DNA of 31,480 bases, from IMG/VR virus record IMGVR_UViG_3300023095_000008, positions 1 through 31,480 of that record. One strand, given 5' to 3'. Below are positions 24,084 to 30,085 of the stretch, in pieces. Made by a program: the position numbers and the translations under genes. Numbering within the stretch: position 1 is the stretch's first letter; every line of letters begins with the position of its first letter. The DNA comes from a virus (lineage: Duplodnaviria; Caudoviricetes). The notes under the pieces were generated by a model, which was not told the DNA's origin, did not search any database, and saw only the letters and a list, made by a program, of their open reading frames with translations.

Positions 24084-24575
24084 TTATTTTAATTTATAGA
24101 TTACATTAAAAAAAATGCTTGCTCTGAATTCTGTCTTTCCAGTATCGTACAAGTATTTAATATCTTGTCGAAGCCTGTAATTTGCCTGTAAAGCAACCTG
24201 AACCTTTTTAGTTAGGTCATATCTTGGCTCGATGTTAAATCCGTAGTAAAGCCAGTTTGAATTTCCGTTTCTGATGATTGATCCTGTTTCAACTCCGATT
24301 GCCAAATCAACTTTATACATCGGATAAACTACCCTGTTATAACCAACTCCGTATTGTTGGAAGTCTATTGTAGCGAAGTTTTCATACTGCATATACACTT
24401 CATTTGATTTATACGATGCGCCAACTCTGATTTGACCGTCAAGGCTTGCTTTGTTGTCCGTTGGTTTGCTTCCAATTGTAGCGTTTGCCAAATCAAATCC
24501 TAACGATACGAAAGGATAATTTTCTTGTGAAAATGCAGAGGTTGTAAATACCAAAGCGATTAATAGTTTTTTCAT
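24084..24575 (-). CDS. Small outer-membrane beta-barrel protein
   Basis: Signal peptide MKKLLIALVFTTSAFS-Q; amphipathic strands (YGVGYN, YGFNIEPRY, FFNVIYKL); size fits an 8-stranded barrel. Confidence 0.7.
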   Translation of the reverse strand: MKKLLIALVFTTSAFSQENYPFVSLGFDLANATIGSKPTDNKASLDGQIRVGASYKSNEVYMQYENFATIDFQQYGVGYNRVVYPMYKVDLAIGVETGSIIRNGNSNWLYYGFNIEPRYDLTKKVQVALQANYRLRQDIKYLYDTGKTEFRASIFFNVIYKLK

Positions 24576-24579
24576 AATT

Positions 24580-24810
24580 TTATTTTTTATTTAGTATTAA
24601 TATGTCTGAAAACCCGCAATATTTATAATCTTCGATAAATTTGTAGTTCATAATTCCAAAAAAACCAATACTTCTGCGTAATTTTATTTTTCCCATATCA
24701 GGATAATTTTCTAAAACTTTTACTTTTCTTATTAAACCCATATCAATAAAAATAACATCACCTTTTTTTAAGTTTTTTAGAAATTCAAATACCTCTTTAC
24801 TTAATCTCAT
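24580..24810 (-). CDS. Hypothetical protein
   Basis: 76 aa. Confidence 0.6.
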   Translation of the reverse strand: MRLSKEVFEFLKNLKKGDVIFIDMGLIRKVKVLENYPDMGKIKLRRSIGFFGIMNYKFIEDYKYCGFSDILILNKK

Positions 24811-24812
24811 AA

Positions 24813-25046
24813 TTACTGTTTTAAAAGTTCTTTGAATTGTTCTAGTGTTATTTCTTGATCTTCTTCTACTGTAATGCTTACATTGAAGTCTTTTTCGTTA
24901 TCGAAATACAAAAAATTATAATAATCTTCTTTACACAACCAATAATCTGCACCAATATTAAATCCAGAACCTAAAATTAATTTTTCCACTTCTTTAAGCA
25001 TTTCTTCATCCTTGATGAACAATACCTTGTTTTCAAATTGTTTCAT
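24813..25046 (-). CDS. Hypothetical protein
   Basis: 77 aa ending EITLEQFKELL. Confidence 0.65.
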   Translation of the reverse strand: MKQFENKVLFIKDEEMLKEVEKLILGSGFNIGADYWLCKEDYYNFLYFDNEKDFNVSITVEEDQEITLEQFKELLKQ

Positions 25047-25375
25047 AATAATTCAGGGTTTTCGTGAATGTTTCCGATGATTTCCATTTGGCTTACTAAA
25101 AAATCATTTATATAGACTACAGGCACATTTCTTCCTATAAAACCAAAACATCCGTCTCCGTAAATAAATACCCTGTTCTTTCCTTGATGAAACGCTATAT
25201 CCCCCTCATAAACGTCAACTCCGTTTTTGTCTTTTAAGCCTGTGAACTGCATCCAAATGGCTTTTTCGCAACCAATATATGGGTTTAAAATACCTGAACT
25301 GCCCATGTAGTCGCATAGTTCATGAAAATACATTTTACCTTCTTGAAAAGTCCTAAATTTAATTTCTCTATTCAT
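25043..25375 (-). CDS. YopX family protein (copy C)
   Basis: REIKFR, MQFTGLKDKNGVDVYEGD, EIIGNIHENPELL. Confidence 0.9.
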   Translation of the reverse strand: MNREIKFRTFQEGKMYFHELCDYMGSSGILNPYIGCEKAIWMQFTGLKDKNGVDVYEGDIAFHQGKNRVFIYGDGCFGFIGRNVPVVYINDFLVSQMEIIGNIHENPELL

Positions 25376-25387
25376 AATTAATATTCT

Positions 25388-25534
25388 TTATAAAGGGTTA
25401 GACAATGGCAAATCAAAAACTTCATCAAACTGATTAATTTCGCTTTGCGTTTCTGTTGGTACTTCGTCGTTGATTAATCTTTCAGCCAACATTAAAAGAT
25501 TTCTTTGGTTTAATTTTTCTAAAATATCGCTCAT
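25388..25534 (-). CDS. Small hypothetical protein (48 aa)
   Basis: MSDILEKLNQRNLLMLAERL... fills the gap. Confidence 0.55.
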   Translation of the reverse strand: MSDILEKLNQRNLLMLAERLINDEVPTETQSEINQFDEVFDLPLSNPL

Positions 25535-25535
25535 T

Positions 25536-25772
25536 TTAAGTTATTTTAAGAGTTCCTGATATTTCGCAACCATAATCAAATCCATGAAATTCTACTGATT
25601 TTTCCCCTGTAAGCTTTGCGTATTTGCTTATCATTTCCAACCCGTTAGCACGTCTGTAATCACGGCTCAAAACGTCCTGCCTTACTCCTGCATATATTGC
25701 AAGTTCTTTTCTTTTGCCGAAAGGGTATTTTGCATCTACCCAATTTTGAAATGTTGTTTTTTTATCTGACAT
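25536..25772 (-). CDS. HTH-like DNA-binding protein
   Basis: RKELAIYAGVRQDVLSR; likely ATG at 25772. Confidence 0.55.
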   Translation of the reverse strand: MSDKKTTFQNWVDAKYPFGKRKELAIYAGVRQDVLSRDYRRANGLEMISKYAKLTGEKSVEFHGFDYGCEISGTLKIT

Positions 25773-25774
25773 AA

Positions 25775-25993
25775 TTACATTTTTTCCAAAATATTTATAC
25801 ATGATTCCATTTTTCTAGTAATATTTTTTTTAAAATAGTCTGAATCTAACAAGTTAGCCATAGAATATGAAGCTTCTAAAAAATTAATAATAGTTTCTTT
25901 TAATTCAATTTGGTTTGACCTTATTATTTCCTCTTTAACTGTATCGTTACTTAACTCAATGCCCCAAGATGAAGTTCTTGTTTGTATTTTCAT
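25775..25993 (-). CDS. Hypothetical early protein
   Basis: 72 aa. Confidence 0.6.
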   Translation of the reverse strand: MKIQTRTSSWGIELSNDTVKEEIIRSNQIELKETIINFLEASYSMANLLDSDYFKKNITRKMESCINILEKM

Positions 25994-25995
25994 AA

Positions 25996-26217
25996 TTATT
26001 TAGTATATGCGTTAATATAAAATTCTGAATTGTCACCTTTGTATTTTTTAACCATTGTAGAGGCAAAAGCTATTTGTTTTGAATCTCCTAATATAATCAA
26101 AGAACTGAAAGTTTGTAAATCTTTATCGCCTTCAAGTTCCCAAATATTAATTACATTATCAATTTGTTTATCAGTAAATTCTAATGTTGTATTGTAAAGT
26201 TTTTCTAAAAAATTCAT
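25996..26217 (-). CDS. Hypothetical early protein
   Basis: 73 aa; first gene after the promoter at 26250. Confidence 0.65.
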   Translation of the reverse strand: MNFLEKLYNTTLEFTDKQIDNVINIWELEGDKDLQTFSSLIILGDSKQIAFASTMVKKYKGDNSEFYINAYTK

Positions 26218-26246
26218 AATAAATATATTTTTTTTGTTATTAACTT

Positions 26247-26279
26247 GTACAAATATACAACTATTTATTAATTGTCAAA
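26247..26279 (-). promoter_or_regulatory. Host-type (early) promoter
   Basis: TTTG-N18-TATATTTG, right after the lysis-region terminator. Confidence 0.75.
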
Positions 26280-26314
26280 TTGTAAATATGTTAAAGTTTA
26301 AAATTAAAGCAAAC

Positions 26315-26347
26315 AAAAAACCCTAACACTTGTAAATGCTAGGGTTT
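26315..26347 (-). terminator. Terminator ending the lysis region
   Basis: AAACCCTA/TAGGGTTT stem and a U6 tract. Confidence 0.75.
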
Positions 26348-26375
26348 AAGATTAAGATATTTTTGAATTGCTATC

Positions 26376-26858
26376 TTATTTTGATAAGTTTTTTGCTATT
26401 TCCGATATGGCTATGCTGTTTTTATTTATTGTTTTGTACATTAAAAATAAAGCGATACCGCCTAAAATTGTGATCATTCCGAAACCGTATAAAATCCAGG
26501 TCGTGTTGACTTCTTCTTTTTTAACGGAATCCTTTTCTTTGATGAATTCTTTTAGTTCTCTGTTTTCCTTTTTAAATTCCTCTATAACCGATGCAAAGCA
26601 ATCTATTGACTTTATCTGACCTTGTGTATTGTAAACGGTCTTTAAAGTAGTTCCCTGTCTGTTTGTGGTGTATATTGTAGTGTCTTTATAAGTTATTTTT
26701 GGAACTAGATAAGTAACCGTATCGCCTTTACGGAAAGTCTTTGTTTCAATCTGCTCTTTAAAGTCAGTATCTGTTTTTGACTTTGAAGACTGTTTGTAGA
26801 TGTCGCAGGACTGAAACATTAAAGTTAAAACAAGTATTTTAAATATTGAGCTTTTCAT
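26376..26858 (-). CDS. Putative unimolecular spanin
   Basis: Lipobox-like FQSC after a hydrophobic signal, plus a C-terminal TM helix (WILYGFGMITILGGIALFLMY); downstream of the endolysin; ATG at 26858. Confidence 0.7.
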   Translation of the reverse strand: MKSSIFKILVLTLMFQSCDIYKQSSKSKTDTDFKEQIETKTFRKGDTVTYLVPKITYKDTTIYTTNRQGTTLKTVYNTQGQIKSIDCFASVIEEFKKENRELKEFIKEKDSVKKEEVNTTWILYGFGMITILGGIALFLMYKTINKNSIAISEIAKNLSK

Positions 26859-26983
26859 TTCTTGCAAAATTTAATTTTACGCCTTTCAGAACGATTTGGA
26901 ATAGTGTTTTCTTTTAGGTCTTCGTGTTTTATAGTTAAATATTGAAGTCCTAGTATTGGGTGGTAGTAGAAATTTGTTTGCAT
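26855..26983 (-). CDS. Small hypothetical protein (42 aa)
   Basis: MQTNFYYHPILGLQYLTIKHEDLKENTIPNRSERRKIKFCKK; follows promoter TACATTTG (26995-27002) and is ATGA-coupled to the spanin gene. Confidence 0.6.
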   Translation of the reverse strand: MQTNFYYHPILGLQYLTIKHEDLKENTIPNRSERRKIKFCKK

Positions 26984-27005
26984 ATTTTTTTATTCAAATG
27001 TAAAC

Positions 27006-27081
27006 AAAAAACCTCACTAAATTAATAATGAGGTTTTGTAAAATTCAATGTTGTTTTGTTGATCACTAAATTTTTAAAAGA
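27006..27081 (-). ncRNA. Putative small RNA 2
   Basis: Promoter TATGTTTG (27082-27089), ~40-nt body with no ATG, terminator AAAACCTCA/TGAGGTTTT plus U-tract. Confidence 0.55.
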
Positions 27082-27101
27082 CAAACATACATAAATAATA
27101 T

Positions 27102-27166
27102 AAAAAACCCGATGTTGCTATCGGGTTAATTATTAACTCAAACCATTAAGTTATGAAAAACAAATT
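27102..27166 (-). ncRNA. Putative small RNA 1, antisense to a translation-start-like sequence
   Basis: Promoter TATATTTG (27167-27174), body TTTGTTTTTCATAACTTAATGGTTTGAGTTAATAATT, terminator AACCCGAT/ATCGGGTT plus U-tract. Confidence 0.6.
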
Positions 27167-27184
27167 CAAATATACAAATTATTT

Positions 27185-27250
27185 CTATACAGAAGTGCCT
27201 CCTAATTTATTTCCGTGAACTACATCACCGTACCAAGTGTAATTTTTCAT
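27185..27250 (-). CDS. Possible 21-aa peptide
   Basis: MKNYTWYGDVVHGNKLGGTSV with an A-rich leader. Confidence 0.35.
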   Translation of the reverse strand: MKNYTWYGDVVHGNKLGGTSV

Positions 27251-27314
27251 TTTATTTGTTTTTAAGTTTAACCTTCCAAAGAGTGACCTTTTTTATTTTT
27301 CATGTTTTTATTTA

Positions 27315-27740
27315 TTATTTCAATTCAAAATGGGCTGGATCAAAAAGACTTTTAAAATCCCCCCCCCAAGTAACTCCAATGCCTAAACATTTAGCAACTG
27401 CCTTGATGTGTACAGAGATTAATTTAAGTTTTGGAATTACTTCTTTATCCGATAACTGTACTTTACCATCGTAAAATGGAAATAAGTCTACAGCGTGTCC
27501 GTAGCCGTCTGATTTCGCCTGATGATTTGATTTCTTCTTTACTCCATCCGCATTGGTTACAATTTTGCCTTTAGCCGTTCTTCCTTGTGCATATAGCGAC
27601 TGCTGATATTGCGTAGTTCTTACACCTTGAACAATTGTAAAGTCAACAGGACTTTCTTTGATTGCTTCTGTCATTAGTTTAACCAAATCCGGATGAACGC
27701 CTTTTAAGGTATCTAAACTTCTTTGTGAAAATTTATTCAT
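27315..27740 (-). CDS. Endolysin, M15-family (L-Ala-D-Glu) peptidase
   Basis: GVHPDL, GVRT...Q..LYAQGRT, SNH...GHAVD, WGGDF and DPAHFEL. Confidence 0.92.
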   Translation of the reverse strand: MNKFSQRSLDTLKGVHPDLVKLMTEAIKESPVDFTIVQGVRTTQYQQSLYAQGRTAKGKIVTNADGVKKKSNHQAKSDGYGHAVDLFPFYDGKVQLSDKEVIPKLKLISVHIKAVAKCLGIGVTWGGDFKSLFDPAHFELK

Positions 27741-27742
27741 GA

Positions 27743-28105
27743 TTATTTACGTTTAAAAAAATTAACTATACTGTCCTGTGCCACATTTACCAATGAAGTA
27801 AGAAAGATGTCCACGTTAAATTTATAGATGATGAATCCCGCTATATCTTTGCTCAACATAGCAATTAAAGATAATACTCCAGGTACATATATTTCTTCGA
27901 TGTGCTTATAAACTACCGCACTAAAAGCATAAACTATCCCTACTGCAATTATAATTGAAAGCAGTACATTTATATATGATATTTTTTTATTTTCCCTTTG
28001 CATTTCTACAGCTATTTTTATACCGACGCCAATAATTGCGGGGACAATTATCTTTGTAAAAAAAGCTAAAAGCTCATTCGATAGGTTTTGTAGTCTTTCT
28101 GGCAT
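27743..28105 (-). CDS. Putative holin
   Basis: About 3 TM segments and a basic C-terminus; directly upstream of the endolysin. Confidence 0.7.
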   Translation of the reverse strand: MPERLQNLSNELLAFFTKIIVPAIIGVGIKIAVEMQRENKKISYINVLLSIIIAVGIVYAFSAVVYKHIEEIYVPGVLSLIAMLSKDIAGFIIYKFNVDIFLTSLVNVAQDSIVNFFKRK

Positions 28106-28406
28106 ATCTAAGGTATGTTATAATTATCAAAATTAAGGCAAAAAAAGCCTCATTTAACCCAAATTTAGTATTATCGAAAATTGTTTCATCTAAGAAATTA
28201 TTTAGAGATAAGCATAAAAGTACAAAACTAGCGACATATTTTTTATTATTCAACCAAATAAAAAATGATAACAGTAAAAAAGCCAAAGAATTACCAAAAT
28301 AATAAATCGGTATTCCCGTTTTTTCTTTTATAATATCCCAAAACATGAAAGCTATTACCGAGACGATAATAGCTATCCATAGAATAATGTTATTTCGCTT
28401 ATCCAC
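28074..28406 (-). CDS. Multi-TM membrane protein (holin/antiholin candidate)
   Basis: Four hydrophobic segments; GTG start; in the lysis cassette. Confidence 0.6.
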   Translation of the reverse strand: MDKRNNIILWIAIIVSVIAFMFWDIIKEKTGIPIYYFGNSLAFLLLSFFIWLNNKKYVASFVLLCLSLNNFLDETIFDNTKFGLNEAFFALILIIITYLRYARKTTKPIE

Positions 28407-28530
28407 GGTCTTTTGGTCGTGTTCCGATAAGTTCCAAGCCTACACGCCCTAAAACTTCGTTTGCATCAGCGATAGCCTTATCAATTGCTAATTGGTCAAT
28501 CTCATTTGGATCGGGTGTCGTTCCTGCCAT
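28399..28530 (-). CDS. Small hypothetical protein (43 aa)
   Basis: MAGTTPDPNEIDQLAIDKAIADANEVLGRVGLELIGTRPKDRG; overlaps the next start codon. Confidence 0.6.
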   Translation of the reverse strand: MAGTTPDPNEIDQLAIDKAIADANEVLGRVGLELIGTRPKDRG

Positions 28531-28576
28531 TTTAAATATTTTTTAAGTTAGATGTAAAAGTAATGAAATTTATTTA

Positions 28577-28584
28577 TATGTTTG
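28577..28584 (+). promoter_or_regulatory. -7 promoter element for the plus-strand insert
   Basis: TATGTTTG. Confidence 0.7.
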
Positions 28585-28678
28585 CAATGTAGTTCACGAC
28601 CTACGGAAAAATATAGCTAACTTTTTTAGCAATTAAAGAACCCTGCATCGTGTCGTGACTTTGCAGGGTTTCTTTTTT
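28585..28678 (+). ncRNA. Two-hairpin kissing-loop leader RNA
   Basis: GTAG-TTCACGAC-CTAC hairpin; AACCCTGCA/TGCAGGGTT hairpin with GTCGTGA in the loop, plus U-tract. Confidence 0.7.
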
Positions 28679-28691
28679 AAATTATTTTATT

Positions 28692-29081
28692 ATGAGTAGA
28701 GAAATAAAATTTAGAGCATTTGATCAGATCACAAAAACGATGAATCCAGTAACTTCAATGTGGGGATTTCCTGAAATACAAACGGTATGCGTTCCTTTTG
28801 AAGAAACTATAAACACTTTATTTTACAGTTTTGAATTAATGCAGTTCACAGGATTGAAAGACAAAAACGGAGTTGATATTTATGAGGGGGATATTCTAAT
28901 TAGCAAAGTAGAATTAGAAGGGGGTGTCTCAAACAATTGTATAGTTGTATATGGAGATGCAGGCTTTGATTTGGTAAAAACAAAATCAGATGACGAAACC
29001 CAAAGGATGTATCTTAAAAATTATTGGAAGCATTCTCTAGAAGTAATCGGCAACATTCACGATAACCCAGAATTATTATGA
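28692..29081 (+). CDS. YopX family protein (copy D, inverted near-duplicate of copy B)
   Basis: Same motifs as copy B; about 22 substitutions over ~384 nt by manual alignment. Confidence 0.9.
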   Translation: MSREIKFRAFDQITKTMNPVTSMWGFPEIQTVCVPFEETINTLFYSFELMQFTGLKDKNGVDIYEGDILISKVELEGGVSNNCIVVYGDAGFDLVKTKSDDETQRMYLKNYWKHSLEVIGNIHDNPELL

Positions 29082-29182
29082 AATTCGACAAAAGATATGC
29101 CTACACAGTATTGCTAACAGCTTTTTTAATTTCTGTTTTAGTAGTGGGGTTTTTATTAAAATGTAATTTAGAGAAAAGATGA
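29078..29182 (+). CDS. Single-TM peptide (34 aa)
   Basis: MKFDKRYAYTVLLTAFLISVLVVGFLLKCNLEKR; ATGA overlaps at both ends. Confidence 0.6.
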   Translation: MKFDKRYAYTVLLTAFLISVLVVGFLLKCNLEKR

Positions 29183-29532
29183 AAGCAGAAGAATTAAGAA
29201 TTGGTAATTATGTTTATTTCAATGAAGAAATAGATTTAGTAGAATCAATATCGCATAATATAATTCACGGAAAATTATTTAGCAACTATGAAATTTCCGA
29301 AATAAAACCAATACCGTTAACCGAAGAATGGCTATTTAAAATGGGATTTAATAATTTTCTTTCTTCTAAAAATACATATGAAACACAATATTGTTTTGTT
29401 GACTTTATAGAAAAAGGATTATGTAGGGTATGCTATCCTGGCTATCCTAAAAAAGGCATACGTTACGTTCATGAGTTGCAAAATTATTACTATGTAAATA
29501 GTCTTAGATTTACAGAACTTATAATTAAATAA
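29179..29532 (+). CDS. Hypothetical phage protein (ELRIGN...PIPLTEEWL...YVHELQN type)
   Basis: Motif set common in Bacteroidota phages. Confidence 0.75.
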   Translation: MKAEELRIGNYVYFNEEIDLVESISHNIIHGKLFSNYEISEIKPIPLTEEWLFKMGFNNFLSSKNTYETQYCFVDFIEKGLCRVCYPGYPKKGIRYVHELQNYYYVNSLRFTELIIK

Positions 29533-29574
29533 ACTAAAACCTTTGAAGTGATATAGGGAACTTCTAAATTAATT

Positions 29575-29814
29575 ATGTCAAAATTAATTTACAATACAAA
29601 GCCTCCTAAAAAAGGATATGTTCACAATGAATCTTTCATGACTCACGTAGATTCAAAACCTTCATCTTTAATTAGAGAAGTTTATCCGTCTCAAGAAACT
29701 CAGAAAGAAGCTTGTGAACTTGTTGGAGACACAATGTATAAACTTATAAAAAAGCTTAATGAATTAGGCTACGACCAAACAAAAGTTAGATTTTCTATTC
29801 ACTTTAAAGACTAA
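29575..29814 (+). CDS. Hypothetical protein
   Basis: 79 aa, followed by a terminator. Confidence 0.65.
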   Translation: MSKLIYNTKPPKKGYVHNESFMTHVDSKPSSLIREVYPSQETQKEACELVGDTMYKLIKKLNELGYDQTKVRFSIHFKD

Positions 29815-29816
29815 AT

Positions 29817-29853
29817 AAAAAAATCCCCTGTCGAATCAACGCAGGGGATTTTT
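29817..29853. terminator. Bidirectional terminator
   Basis: AAAAATCCCCTG/CAGGGGATTTTT between convergent genes. Confidence 0.85.
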
Positions 29854-29874
29854 CATTTTAAACATATAAAATGC

Positions 29875-30084
29875 TTAATTCTTCTTTGACAATTCATTTA
29901 TAGAATCATCTTTTGTTGCTGAACTTTTAGAACTTCCGAAATAATAACCCAAGACAACGCTCATAAGCGAAAATAAGCCTATCCTGTCAGCATCATTTAC
30001 TTTTGTGAAAGTAATTATAGACATTCCTCCAAGAACTACTATAACCGCTATTACTGCCTGTATTTTTATTTCCGGAAACTTCAT
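29875..30084 (-). CDS. Small two-TM holin-like protein
   Basis: Two TM helices and a VLGYYFGSS motif. Confidence 0.6.
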   Translation of the reverse strand: MKFPEIKIQAVIAVIVVLGGMSIITFTKVNDADRIGLFSLMSVVLGYYFGSSKSSATKDDSINELSKKN

Positions 30085-30085
30085 A

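Noticed and set aside
26995-27174. CRISPR mini-array
   Set aside because: The periodicity comes from promoters and terminators; there is no repeated 25-50 nt sequence.
535-27474. Plus-strand ORFs in the track left of 28692 (e.g. 1369-1905, 4679-4978, 13653-13889, 27256-27474)
   Set aside because: They are antisense shadows of well-supported minus-strand genes, with F/S/L-rich composition and no promoters.
20604-29081. Diversity-generating retroelement TR/VR pair
   Set aside because: Differences between the yopX copies are mostly synonymous and not adenine-specific, and no reverse transcriptase is in the window.
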